A stretch of DNA of 64,000 bases from positions 20,471 to 84,470 of the forward strand of contig CALAYL010000029.1 in NCBI GenBank assembly GCA_937894725.1, given 5' to 3'. The first letter of the stretch is position 1. Every line of letters begins with the position of its first letter. Both the position numbers and the translations under genes were made by a program. Positions 46,705 to 56,025 of this stretch are shown here, piece after piece. The notes under the pieces are model-generated. The model was not told where the DNA came from and ran no database searches. It saw nothing but the letters and a program-made list of their open reading frames with translations. Source of the DNA: an uncultured Bacteroidota bacterium. Its GTDB lineage: Bacteria > Bacteroidota > Bacteroidia > Chitinophagales > LD1.

Positions 46705-48843
46705 ATGGCTTTAATAGGCAAGTTACGACAACATTCGGGCATTATCATCGGTGCGATAGCGGTGAGTATAGTGGGCTTTTTGATTATGGATGCTACCAAT
46801 AGTCAATTTGGCGTACTCAAAGGACGCGAAACCAACGTGGGCACAGTAGATGGCGAGTCGCTAGATTACAATGAGTTTATGAAACTCAATGAAGAAAACC
46901 AACGCAATGCAGAGATGCAAATGCGTAGCCAAGGTGGTCTTTCTGATGAGCAGCGAGATTTTATTCGTCAGCAAACATGGGATGACTTTGTAAACAAAAC
47001 AGTAATGGAAAAGAACTTCGAGAAATCGGGTCTTGCTGTTACTGATGATGAAATGATAGAGCTCACTATGGGTCAAAATGCACATCCGTATATTCGTCAA
47101 TCATTTACCAACCCACAAACACAGCAGTTTGATCCTCAGTTTGTAAAAATGTTTATACAAAATCTTGATCAAGACGAGAAAGGCGCAGAGCCAGGTTCTA
47201 AACGCAGACAATGGAATGCACTTGAAAAAGAAATCAAGAAAAACCAACTCACACAAAAATACAACACACTTGTATCTAAAGGATTGAATATTCCTAGCTG
47301 GATGGCAGAACAAACCTACCAAGATATGAGTCGCACAGCCGATTTCAAATACGTAGCACTTCCTTATGCCGATATAGCTGAAGATCAAATCAAATACACA
47401 GACGAAGATTTGAAAAAATATTTAGCAGCACATGCTGCTAGATACAATCAGAACGAAGAAACCCGTAAATTGCTTTTTGCAACATTCGATATAGTCGCAT
47501 CTTCTTCAGATTCAGCACTGGTTTTGACACAACTGAATGAAAAACTCGAAGATTTCAAAGGAGGTTCTACATCAAGTGATGATTCACTTTTTGTAAAAAT
47601 CTATTCAGAAACACCATTTGAAGGCACCTATGCAAAAATGCAAGACCTCGCCTCATCGCCTGTGGCAGCGGAGCTTTTCACCGCTCCAGCCAAAACGGTA
47701 CTGGGGCCATACGAAGAAGGAGGAATGTATAAATATGCTAAAATCGTAAACAGAAAATTGCTTTCAGATTCAGTGAGAGTACGCGATATTGTTTTCTCAT
47801 TTGAAAATATCACTACGCAAGAGCAAGCAAATGCTAAGCGAAAATTAATGGATAGTGTGTTTATCTTGATTGACTCATTGAAACAAGATTTTGGACAGTT
47901 AGCCGCTACATTTTCGGACGATGCTGCTACCAAGCCAATGGGCGGTGATAAAGGATGGGTGAAATTTGGCGAAACAGAACCAACATACAATAACACACTT
48001 TTCTATACACTATCTCGAGGTGGTGTGGCTAAAACATACACACAGAATGCACTTCATATAGTACAGCTTATAGATGACAGACCATCTACGCCAGGAGTAC
48101 AAGTAGCCTATTATACAAAAACCATTTTGCCTACACCAGAAACTGAAAGAGCTATTTATGCCGCAGCTAGCAAGTTTGCAGCAGATCACGCCACTGAAGC
48201 CAAGTTTAAAGAAGCAGCTAAAAATAATCCAGCTATCAAAACAGCGGAGGCTATCAAAAAGCAAGATAATACTATTCAAGGTATAGGCACTGCACGAGAA
48301 ATTGTACGTTGGGCGTTTAATGCAAATAAAGGCGATGTATCAGGAATCAATTCGGCAGATCGCAAGCATGTGGTGGCTCTATTAGATGCCGTACGACCCA
48401 AAGGAACACCAGAGCTAGATGCCGTTAAAGATCAAGTGAAAGTAGCCTTTATGCGAGATAAGCGTGCTGAACTATTGTCTGCAAAAATCACGGCAGCTAA
48501 AGCTGCTACAATCGATGACCTTGCCGCTAAATTAGGCAAAGAAGTAAGTATGGCCGAAGGAGCATCTGCTCAAAATCCTATACTGGGTGGCACGGGCTAT
48601 GAGCCAGCTGTAGTAGCTGCTGGGGTTTATGTGCAAGCAAACAAAATGTCGGCCCCTGTAGAAGGTAATGCAGGTGTATATGTGGTGTCTAAGGTGAGTG
48701 GAATTACCCCTCCTCCTGCTTCAGACCTATCGCAATACAAATCTCAACTCAAGCAACAAATGAATGCGAAAGCCACCAGAGAAGCAATAGAGGCATTGAA
48801 AAAACTAGCCAATATCAAAGACAATCGTTTTGATTTCTTTTAG
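46705..48843 (+). CDS. PpiD/SurA-like periplasmic chaperone with parvulin-type PPIase domain, N-terminal membrane anchor
   Basis: The 712-aa ORF has an N-terminal anchor GIIIGAIAVSIVGFLIM and a parvulin-like segment VRVRDIVFSF...DDAATKPMGGDKGWVKFGE. Confidence 0.75.
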   Translation: MALIGKLRQHSGIIIGAIAVSIVGFLIMDATNSQFGVLKGRETNVGTVDGESLDYNEFMKLNEENQRNAEMQMRSQGGLSDEQRDFIRQQTWDDFVNKTVMEKNFEKSGLAVTDDEMIELTMGQNAHPYIRQSFTNPQTQQFDPQFVKMFIQNLDQDEKGAEPGSKRRQWNALEKEIKKNQLTQKYNTLVSKGLNIPSWMAEQTYQDMSRTADFKYVALPYADIAEDQIKYTDEDLKKYLAAHAARYNQNEETRKLLFATFDIVASSSDSALVLTQLNEKLEDFKGGSTSSDDSLFVKIYSETPFEGTYAKMQDLASSPVAAELFTAPAKTVLGPYEEGGMYKYAKIVNRKLLSDSVRVRDIVFSFENITTQEQANAKRKLMDSVFILIDSLKQDFGQLAATFSDDAATKPMGGDKGWVKFGETEPTYNNTLFYTLSRGGVAKTYTQNALHIVQLIDDRPSTPGVQVAYYTKTILPTPETERAIYAAASKFAADHATEAKFKEAAKNNPAIKTAEAIKKQDNTIQGIGTAREIVRWAFNANKGDVSGINSADRKHVVALLDAVRPKGTPELDAVKDQVKVAFMRDKRAELLSAKITAAKAATIDDLAAKLGKEVSMAEGASAQNPILGGTGYEPAVVAAGVYVQANKMSAPVEGNAGVYVVSKVSGITPPPASDLSQYKSQLKQQMNAKATREAIEALKKLANIKDNRFDFF

Positions 48844-48865
48844 TCCTTAAACACTTACATAGTAT

Positions 48866-48896
48866 AAAACCCTCGAGAATTTCTCGAGGGTTTTTT
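48866..48896. terminator. Bidirectional rho-independent terminator
   Basis: The hairpin is AAAACCCTCGAGAA-T-TTCTCGAGGGTTTT with a perfect 14-bp stem, followed by TTGTTT. It lies between convergent genes. Confidence 0.7.
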
Positions 48897-48898
48897 GT

Positions 48899-49945
48899 TT
48901 AAAGCTCTTCTTTGAAATAGATTTTATAGAACTTTCGGCCATCGGTTTCTACCCCTTGTTCTATAAGGTCGGTATTGCCATGTATGTAGATATGGAAGTT
49001 TTTATCGAGCTTAAGCACGCTTTTAAAAATGCGGGCTTGTTTTTTTACAGCTTGGGGTGAAATGGCAAAATTGTTTGTGATTTCAACTTCGTTTTCTTGT
49101 CTATAGGCAGTATCGTAATTTTGAAAAGACTCGATGAGTTTTTCATGTTGAAAAACGGTTTGCTCAAACTCTGATTTATCAAAAGTATTGTGTGTTTTGA
49201 AATAATCTACCGACCGATTGAGTAGTTCTATTTTTTCTGTTTTCGTTACTTCATACTCACCCTCAAGGTGCTGGGTCACAAAGTTTTTAGCCAAACCTAA
49301 AAACTCATTTGTTTGATGAAACTCATTGGCAATAGGGCACACGCAGAGAAAATCGTCTTTCCAATATTGTGCTTCGCCACTGCGGTTGGTATTGTCGATT
49401 ACCAAAATTTTGTAGCCTTTTTCATGGTCAGTATTGAAAATGATACAGCCCTTATCCACCCCTTTCATTTCAAAACCAAAATCGTGTTTAATGTTGAATT
49501 TCGATACGCCTTTTTTCATTTTTAGAAAAGGCACATCTGTCTCAGACTTAAAAACCCCAATGGCATCTACCACCTCATTGTCTAGTACCACATCAGTAAA
49601 AAAGGCCACGTTCAGTTCGCCCTCTTTTATCTTTGGGTGCATAGACTGTTCGTAGAGAAGCTTGGCTATACTTTGCGAGCCATCTATAAAGCTTTTGGGA
49701 TTCGAAAACAGGCTTTCGGCTATGGTAAAGACTTCGTTGAGGTCAAGTTTTACAGCATGTGTAAACGAATAAAACTCTTCAGCTTTGAATGCATGCAAAA
49801 AATATTTGAGCAAATAGTCTTGCGTTTCATCTTCAAATATGGTTTGTTCGTTTGATAGATTAATGCGCTCGTCCCGTAGTTTATTTCCTACATGATGGGT
49901 GATCAAATTTCGTAGTTGGGCTGAAGAAAAGTCTAGGTGGGTCAT
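48899..49945 (-). CDS. Nucleoid-associated protein (NdpA/YejK-like, NA37 family)
   Basis: The 348-aa ORF has the N-terminal pattern LRNLITHHVGNKLRDE..NLS, typical of Bacteroidota NA37-family proteins as I recall them. This was not searched. Confidence 0.65.
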   Translation of the reverse strand: MTHLDFSSAQLRNLITHHVGNKLRDERINLSNEQTIFEDETQDYLLKYFLHAFKAEEFYSFTHAVKLDLNEVFTIAESLFSNPKSFIDGSQSIAKLLYEQSMHPKIKEGELNVAFFTDVVLDNEVVDAIGVFKSETDVPFLKMKKGVSKFNIKHDFGFEMKGVDKGCIIFNTDHEKGYKILVIDNTNRSGEAQYWKDDFLCVCPIANEFHQTNEFLGLAKNFVTQHLEGEYEVTKTEKIELLNRSVDYFKTHNTFDKSEFEQTVFQHEKLIESFQNYDTAYRQENEVEITNNFAISPQAVKKQARIFKSVLKLDKNFHIYIHGNTDLIEQGVETDGRKFYKIYFKEEL

Positions 49946-49984
49946 AGAAAAAAGAAAATTAGGGCGTACTGAAAATAATTAAAA

Positions 49985-50995
49985 TCACTTTTTCAAATAT
50001 ATCGGAAACTCCATATTTAGAAAATAGCAAGGATGAAAAACGACTTGTCCTAAGGTATTGAACTCGATTGCTGGAGCGGGTAGCTTTATCCAGTTGAGTG
50101 CACCTAGCACCATTCGCCCAAAACGAGTCCGAGCCTGTATTTGCGTGAGGTCATAATCTAGAGAGATAAAAAACTTTCGATACCTCCGCACATGCGAGTA
50201 GTCATAGAGTTTACCGTTTTCGTCTGTCCATTTATTTTCAAATCCTCCATAGAGATTGCCGGCTCCATAGCCGATGGCTATGCTTAGCCATTTTGCCTTT
50301 TTTTGTCGAGGGTTAAAGCGAGCTGGATTTACACTCAACCAAAAATTGATGTTGTTATAATCTTTCAATATTTTTTCGGGTACAGAGCGGCCAAAAAGCC
50401 CATCTGCCCTTCGTCCAAGGTCTCCAGACGGATAAGGAACTATATGGTAAGACATTTTGAGTTGTATGCGCTGTTCGCCCCAAGCCATATTTTGCGACAT
50501 CGCCAATAACGAACCGAAGGCATTCGCCCCAATATCGCTCCAGCTCCAGCCCCATTTGTCAGAAAATCCATCAAAAATCTCAATAGACGATTGCGCTAAA
50601 AAGCCTGTGAGTGCGCCATAGCCAGCAGCTTGATATCTGTTCATGCCCACCCATCTGTAAATATGATAACCAAAATTAGATTCTACATAAGAGCCAGTGA
50701 TATGCCCACATTTATCTATCTGATTCCATTCGGCTGCATCATCAAAAAAATGAAATTTCGATTGCTGATAGTTGCCATACCACTGATGACTAAGCCATGC
50801 CATACTACCTCCATAAGCCGCACCAATGCCTAATCCCACACCAAGGGCTCTATATTTATTGAGCTTAGGAGCTGGGTCTAAAAAAGAATGTGCTTTACGA
50901 AAATGAAAGGCAGTGTCTTGAGCTTTCGCACTAAAACAGGAAATGAGAAAAATAAAAACAAGATTTTTTTTCAAACGCAGAATTTCAAAACACAA
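49985..50995 (-). CDS. DUF2279-like outer-membrane/lipoprotein family protein
   Basis: The 336-aa ORF has a signal peptide, a DKxxH motif in NQIDKCGHITGSY, and Gly/aromatic-rich beta-strand-like segments. Confidence 0.6.
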   Translation of the reverse strand: MCFEILRLKKNLVFIFLISCFSAKAQDTAFHFRKAHSFLDPAPKLNKYRALGVGLGIGAAYGGSMAWLSHQWYGNYQQSKFHFFDDAAEWNQIDKCGHITGSYVESNFGYHIYRWVGMNRYQAAGYGALTGFLAQSSIEIFDGFSDKWGWSWSDIGANAFGSLLAMSQNMAWGEQRIQLKMSYHIVPYPSGDLGRRADGLFGRSVPEKILKDYNNINFWLSVNPARFNPRQKKAKWLSIAIGYGAGNLYGGFENKWTDENGKLYDYSHVRRYRKFFISLDYDLTQIQARTRFGRMVLGALNWIKLPAPAIEFNTLGQVVFHPCYFLNMEFPIYLKK

Positions 50996-51032
50996 TTTAG
51001 CGAAAACAAAATGGATATACCTAATTCATCGT

Positions 51033-51071
51033 TTTGAAAAATAAAGCGAACCCAGCATTAGTAGGCTCGCT
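51033..51071 (-). terminator. Rho-independent terminator after lipoprotein paralog A
   Basis: The minus-strand RNA forms stem AGCGAGCC/GGTTCGCT (one G-U) with an 11-nt loop, followed by TTATTTTTC. Confidence 0.5.
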
Positions 51072-51078
51072 CTTTATT

Positions 51079-51220
51079 TTATGGCCGCATGTTTATCTTC
51101 CATATTTTTTGACCACCTTGAAAAGAAGTATTGATATAAAAACCTCTATTATATGGATGGCGTTTTTTGCCTACCGCACAGGCATCGTCATCATAGGTGC
51201 AGCCCTCGTCTAATACACTC
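51079..51220 (-). repeat. 3'-terminal conserved block of paralog A (pairs with 51761-51902)
   Basis: The 142-nt block has 3 mismatches against 51761-51902, aligned by hand. The offset is 682 nt. Confidence 0.8.
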
Positions 51221-51714
51221 AGTATTCTAATAGGATATTCTCCTGTTTGATCTATAGAGCCAATTTCGGTTAGTGTACTATCATGTAGTATTACTCCATA
51301 TTCTGCCATATACATACCAGAAGTTTTAGGGAAATTATAAATACCTGACGGCTTTCCTGAATAAGTGCCAGTTTTGGGTATAATATTAAAAAAGCCGAAA
51401 ATACTTAGATATTTTTTGTTTGAATAGTGTGAAATCACATCAATACCCAAACCCAATTCATTTGACTCAAACTTACAACTTCTCTTATCTGCGAAGAAAG
51501 AGGTAGGTACTACTACCTGCATCCAAAGAGTATCGTATAGATTAAATGTATCTTTGGGGTTTAGTATAGTAATCAAATTGGGTATATCAAAACCTTTAGT
51601 ATACAGAGGGGTTCTATTGCATAATACATTTTCACCGTATTGGCAGCTAGATATGGTTAGTAATAATGCGAAAAGCAACACAGAATATGTAAGCAGTTTT
51701 TTCATCGTTTTCAT
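51079..51714 (-). CDS. Hypothetical lipoprotein, tandem paralog A
   Basis: The 211-aa ORF has a lipobox LLTISSCQ. Its N- and C-termini are near-identical to paralog B, and the C-terminal roughly 46 aa are identical (DEGCTYDDDACAVGKKRHPYNRGFYINTSFQGGQKIWKINMRP). Confidence 0.7.
   Translation of the reverse strand: MKTMKKLLTYSVLLFALLLTISSCQYGENVLCNRTPLYTKGFDIPNLITILNPKDTFNLYDTLWMQVVVPTSFFADKRSCKFESNELGLGIDVISHYSNKKYLSIFGFFNIIPKTGTYSGKPSGIYNFPKTSGMYMAEYGVILHDSTLTEIGSIDQTGEYPIRILSVLDEGCTYDDDACAVGKKRHPYNRGFYINTSFQGGQKIWKINMRP
51571..51672 (-). repeat. 5'-proximal conserved block of paralog A (pairs with 52253-52354)
   Basis: The 102-nt block has 3 mismatches against 52253-52354. The offset is the same 682 nt, so the divergent cores (51221-51570 and 51903-52252) are both exactly 350 nt. 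Confidence 0.8.
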
Positions 51715-51722
51715 TTTTTAAA

Positions 51723-51750
51723 AGCGAACCTACCCAAAGGTAGATTCGCT
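51723..51750 (-). terminator. Hairpin in the 46-bp spacer between paralog B and paralog A (weak terminator or attenuator)
   Basis: A 12-bp stem (one position is G-U in the minus-strand RNA) has a 4-nt loop. Only 3 U follow, so its function as a terminator is uncertain. Confidence 0.35.
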
Positions 51751-51760
51751 ATACTTTATT

Positions 51761-52417
51761 TTATGGTCGCATGTTTATTTTCCATATTTTTTGACCACCT
51801 TGAAAAGAAGTATTGATATAAAAACCTCTATTATATGGATGGCGTTTTTTGCCTACCGCACAGGCATCGTCATCATAGGTACAGCCCTCGTCTAATACAC
51901 TCCCTATCCTTATTGGATATTCGCCTGTTTTATCTATTGAGCCTATTTCGTTCAAAGCACTTTCATCCAATATAACACCAAATTCTGCAACAAAGCTTTC
52001 CCCATTTTTTTCAAAATAATAGTCAATAAATTCTGAACCTCGACTTCTTCCGATTTTCGGAACAATTGTATAAAAACCAAAAATGACTTCATCATTTTTT
52101 CCATTATACCTAGTTACAATTTGAGGTCTTAAACTTATTTCGTTTCCTGTAAGATTACAACTTTTATTTTCAGCAAAAAACGAAGTTGGGGCTTCAATTC
52201 TCATCCAAAGCGTGTCATTCAGATTAAAAGAATCTTTGGGATTTAGTATTTTAATCAAATTGGGTATATCAAAACCTTTAGCATATAGAGGAGTTCTATT
52301 GCATAATACATTTTCACCGTATTGGCAGCTAGATATGGTTAGTAATAATGCGAATAACAGCATGGTCAGTTTGCCATGATGCTTAATTGCTGATAATCTA
52401 ATACCCATAAGCTTCAA
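51761..52417 (-). CDS. Hypothetical lipoprotein, tandem paralog B
   Basis: The 218-aa ORF has the same lipobox LLTISSCQYGENVLCNRTPLY and the same C-terminus as paralog A. The start is uncertain (52417, 52408 or 52363). The longest form overlaps the upstream gene by 20 nt. Confidence 0.7.
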   Translation of the reverse strand: MKLMGIRLSAIKHHGKLTMLLFALLLTISSCQYGENVLCNRTPLYAKGFDIPNLIKILNPKDSFNLNDTLWMRIEAPTSFFAENKSCNLTGNEISLRPQIVTRYNGKNDEVIFGFYTIVPKIGRSRGSEFIDYYFEKNGESFVAEFGVILDESALNEIGSIDKTGEYPIRIGSVLDEGCTYDDDACAVGKKRHPYNRGFYINTSFQGGQKIWKINMRP

Positions 52418-54104
52418 ACAATTTTTTCAAACAATTTTGATCTGCTTCAGGAGTAGAGGATAGGATGTTTGCCTTATAGTCTGCTACACTTTGCGCCCCA
52501 ATCAATTTGCTATACATATAGGGTAGAGGAAGAGTAAAGCAATCTTTCGTGCTTGAAAGGCTGACCGTAGCTTGAAAGTTTTCATTATCTACATCATGCA
52601 AATCCCAAAACAAACCGACTGGATACCATGAGTCTAAATGAAATGCTGCATCCTTGTAGGAATGAGGTACTGCCTTTGGGAATACATTTTCTATTGAACT
52701 ACTAGTACTATTGTGATTTGTGATGCCGTAATAATCTGATATGACAGACCCCATGGCCTCTGCCCAAGCTTCTGTAAAACCAAATTTTTGAGCTACTGGT
52801 TTGGAGGGTTCTTGTCCATCTCTATAGGGGTCGCCATAGTCGCTTCTGCTTTTTGGCACTAAAGTATTAGATATGTTTTGCCCTTCTCCCTTTGCTACAT
52901 CTTTCCAGTAGGCTCTACCAGCTATGATAGCATGTGTCCAATGTGAAAACTCATGAAACAAAAGTTCTCTATGCCAGTTATAATCTAGATTATCCCATGT
53001 ATATACGCCAAAATCATGATAGGGGGCAGATAGGTCTGCTGGGCTAATCTCATGTGGTTGAAATCCGAAATAGTGCATCATAATAGTAGCAGCAGCATTA
53101 GAACTTAGAGGTGTGCCCCAAGGCATCCAAATCTGTGCATTATTGACCCTATGTGTAGGTATGGTATTTACAAAATCATTATAATCATGCACTGTATTGT
53201 TGATATTTGCTTTATGCCATGCTGCTTTTCTATTCGTATTTATCTGCCATGTAGCACCGATATTTGATTTTTTAACCCTCCCTAGATAATCATTTAGATT
53301 ATGCCCATATATTCTGTATTCTTGATTCCAATAGCGAATATAAAACAGTGCGGGTACTAAAAATTTGACGGAGGAGTTAAATTTGCCATTGGCATCTGTC
53401 CGCATATAAGACCACTTAAATAATGTAGTGGCTACTACACTTTTGTGTCGGCAGGCAGGGTAGTTATTATTGGGAGCTTCTTGCACTTGCAATGTACCAC
53501 TTGGGTAAAACTTGTTTGAATTGGTTTTATAGGCTATTTCTCCGTTATCATCCGTTTCGGTATATCCCGCCAGCTCCCATGCTTTTAATTCTACATTCTC
53601 CTCTTCATCGCTAGGCACATAACCATACTCTATGATTTCATAGTTTACGATTGGTAAATCAGACTTAGAGAATGCTACACAGTAATAAGGCTTTAAGATG
53701 GTGTCTTTTGCTTCATCGTCCACATAAAATGAACCTTCTGATACCACTTCTGCGTCTATTGGATATTCCGCTATAAATCGTTTCTCATTTTCTTCATTTA
53801 AAAAGTCATACACTTGAAGGTGATTGTCGGGTTTCAGCTTTACATAGATTCTATTTGGTGATAATTGGTCAGCTTGGCTGTTTAGCCCTAAAGCTCTAAA
53901 AGCCTCTTTCATGTTTGCAAGCGTGTAGGGGTTTTTCTTCTTTTTACCCAAAATGGTATTGCCATCATTTTCTGTTTTCATGGCTGCTTTGTTATCATAC
54001 CCAGCTTGTATGATTTGAGGGTTAGATGTATTACTTTCTTTTTTACAGTTTTGCATGAGTAGCATAAATATTGAAATAGCTACTACTAAGCTAATTTTTT
54101 TCAT
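52398..54104 (-). CDS. Putative zinc metallopeptidase lipoprotein (HExxH, gluzincin-like), family unassigned
   Basis: The start is moved to the ATG at 54104 (MKKISLVVAISIFMLLMQNCKK, signal plus lipobox). The HExxH motif is in LLFHEFSHWTHAI. A candidate third-ligand region GFTEAWAEAMG lies about 60 aa downstream. I could not match the motif context to a named MEROPS family from memory. Confidence 0.55.
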   Translation of the reverse strand: MKKISLVVAISIFMLLMQNCKKESNTSNPQIIQAGYDNKAAMKTENDGNTILGKKKKNPYTLANMKEAFRALGLNSQADQLSPNRIYVKLKPDNHLQVYDFLNEENEKRFIAEYPIDAEVVSEGSFYVDDEAKDTILKPYYCVAFSKSDLPIVNYEIIEYGYVPSDEEENVELKAWELAGYTETDDNGEIAYKTNSNKFYPSGTLQVQEAPNNNYPACRHKSVVATTLFKWSYMRTDANGKFNSSVKFLVPALFYIRYWNQEYRIYGHNLNDYLGRVKKSNIGATWQINTNRKAAWHKANINNTVHDYNDFVNTIPTHRVNNAQIWMPWGTPLSSNAAATIMMHYFGFQPHEISPADLSAPYHDFGVYTWDNLDYNWHRELLFHEFSHWTHAIIAGRAYWKDVAKGEGQNISNTLVPKSRSDYGDPYRDGQEPSKPVAQKFGFTEAWAEAMGSVISDYYGITNHNSTSSSIENVFPKAVPHSYKDAAFHLDSWYPVGLFWDLHDVDNENFQATVSLSSTKDCFTLPLPYMYSKLIGAQSVADYKANILSSTPEADQNCLKKLFEAYGY

Positions 54105-54270
54105 GATTCTTTTTTTAAAAATTCTTTGAAATGACACGAATCCCCTACTCAAAACCCTAAGGGTATAGAATAGGCATAGCAGGGCTACCAACCCCAGTAG
54201 TGAGTTGGTTTAGTTATAAAAAAAGTAGGAAAAATAAAAAGGAATATATACTGCTCGCTACGATGCGAGA

Positions 54271-54304
54271 TGCTGTGCTGTGCTGTGCTGTGCTGTGCTG
54301 TGCT
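54271..54304. repeat. Pentanucleotide microsatellite (TGCTG)6 plus partial unit
   Basis: Read directly from the sequence: TGCTGTGCTGTGCTGTGCTGTGCTGTGCTGTGCT. It is intergenic, about 170 bp upstream of the metallopeptidase start and 114 bp downstream of the comM-like stop. Confidence 0.9.
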
Positions 54305-54417
54305 CTAGTATTTTCATAGGTTGAAATTAATCAAACATTGTTTCCTAAAAAAGTTTTTATTGTTAAATGTTTGTGCTAATAGTGTAATGTTCAATCTATA
54401 GTGCCTAAATATCAAAA

Positions 54418-55971
54418 TTATTGCGCCCAATTTTCTCTATCCAAAGTGCGATATTGAATAGCTTCTGCTATATGTTCGGTTTTGATGTCTTCGCTTTGCC
54501 CAAGGTCAGCTATGGTGCGGGCTACTTTCAAAATTCGGTCATAAGCTCTGGCAGAGAGATTGAGCCGCTGCATGGCTTTACTCAAAAGCATTTTAGCTTG
54601 ATCGTTGATGATACAGATTTCCTGTACTTTTTGTGCCTCCATCTGTGCATTGCTATGAACCCCCTCTAAATTTTCAAAACGTTTTTCTTGAAGCGCGCGC
54701 GCTTTAGTGACTCGCTCTCGAATAGAACCACTACTCTCGGTCGTAGAAGCTGTCGAAAGTTCGTTGAAAGACACAGGGGTCACCTCTACATGCAGGTCTA
54801 TCCTATCCAATAGTGGTCCAGAGATTTTATTAAGGTACTTTTGCACTACACCTGGAGCACACACACATTCTTTTTCGGGATGGTTGAAATACCCGCAAGG
54901 GCAGGGATTCATACTCGCTACCAACATAAAACTTGCTGGATAAGTGATCGAAAATCGAGAGCGAGAAATCGTGACTTTTCTATCTTCTAATGGCTGCCGC
55001 ATCACTTCCAAAACCGTGCGTTTAAACTCAGGCAATTCATCTAAAAAAAGTACACCATTATGCGCTAATGAAATCTCTCCGGGCTGGGGGTTTGAGCCAC
55101 CTCCCACTAGGGCTACATCGCTGATGGTGTGGTGTGGAGAGCGGAACGGGCGATTATACACCAATGAAGCATTTTTAGAAAGTTTGCCCGCTACAGAGTG
55201 GATTTTGGTGGTCTCTAGCGCCTCCGTAAGTGAGAGCGGAGGTAAAATTGTTGACATACGCTTAGCGAGCATAGTTTTGCCCGCACCAGGAGGCCCTATC
55301 AAGATAAGATTGTGCCCACCCGCAGCAGCTATTTCCATTGCCCTTTTGATGTTTTCTTGCCCTTTTACATCACCAAAGTCAACCTCAGCTCTATCGAGAT
55401 TAGCCGCAAATTCTTCTCGGGTATCTACCATTACGGGTATCATGTTTTTTTTGCCTTCCAAAAAATCGATTACCTCTTGCAGATTTTCAGCACCATATAC
55501 ATTTATATTATTTACAATAGCCGCTTCGCGAGCATTTTGTTTGGGTAAAATGATGCCCTTAAATTTTTCTTTACGAGCTTGGATGGCGATAGGCAAAGCG
55601 CCTTTGATAGGTTGCAGACTGCCATCAAGCGATAACTCGCCCATGATGATATATTCCGCTAGGTTTTCTTCTGGAAAAATCTGTTCGGAGCCAGCCAAAA
55701 TACCGATTGCAATGGTAAGGTCATAAGCAGAGCCTTCTTTGCGAATATCGGCTGGAGCAAGGTTGATAACGATTCGCTGTCGAGGTACTTTCAGTCCGAT
55801 ATGTTTGATGGCTGTTTCTACCCTATATTGACTTTCTTTCACCGCATTGTCAGGTAGGCCTACCATATAAAACTTCATACCAAACTCTACACTCGTTTCG
55901 ACTGTAATAGTCACCGCATCTACGCCATACACCGCGCTTCCAAAAGTTTTAACTAACATAGTCCGAAACAA
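54418..55971 (-). CDS. YifB/ComM-family Mg-chelatase-like AAA+ ATPase
   Basis: The 517-aa ORF has an N-terminal Lon-like domain, Walker [12 protein letters not shown], Walker [11 protein letters not shown] and a C-terminal ChlI-like region. It appears full length and uninterrupted. Confidence 0.9.
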   Translation of the reverse strand: MFRTMLVKTFGSAVYGVDAVTITVETSVEFGMKFYMVGLPDNAVKESQYRVETAIKHIGLKVPRQRIVINLAPADIRKEGSAYDLTIAIGILAGSEQIFPEENLAEYIIMGELSLDGSLQPIKGALPIAIQARKEKFKGIILPKQNAREAAIVNNINVYGAENLQEVIDFLEGKKNMIPVMVDTREEFAANLDRAEVDFGDVKGQENIKRAMEIAAAGGHNLILIGPPGAGKTMLAKRMSTILPPLSLTEALETTKIHSVAGKLSKNASLVYNRPFRSPHHTISDVALVGGGSNPQPGEISLAHNGVLFLDELPEFKRTVLEVMRQPLEDRKVTISRSRFSITYPASFMLVASMNPCPCGYFNHPEKECVCAPGVVQKYLNKISGPLLDRIDLHVEVTPVSFNELSTASTTESSGSIRERVTKARALQEKRFENLEGVHSNAQMEAQKVQEICIINDQAKMLLSKAMQRLNLSARAYDRILKVARTIADLGQSEDIKTEHIAEAIQYRTLDRENWAQ

Positions 55972-56025
55972 TTAACTAAATTCAAACTTAAATAATATTG
56001 ACAGTATCAAAAAAGAAAAATTGAC

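Noticed and set aside
54271-54304. CRISPR array or other spaced-repeat structure
   Set aside because: The repeat is a contiguous 5-nt microsatellite without spacers. I saw no other spaced direct repeats of 24-40 bp anywhere in the window, and no cas genes.
54944-55726. 260-aa + strand ORF antisense to the comM/yifB-like gene
   Set aside because: It overlaps a confidently identified AAA+ gene on the opposite strand and has no motifs. Long antisense ORFs are common opposite conserved genes.
54418-55971. comM/yifB as a disrupted island-insertion hotspot
   Set aside because: The gene is full length (517 aa) with intact Walker motifs and C-terminus. The accessory-looking cluster lies downstream of it, not within it.
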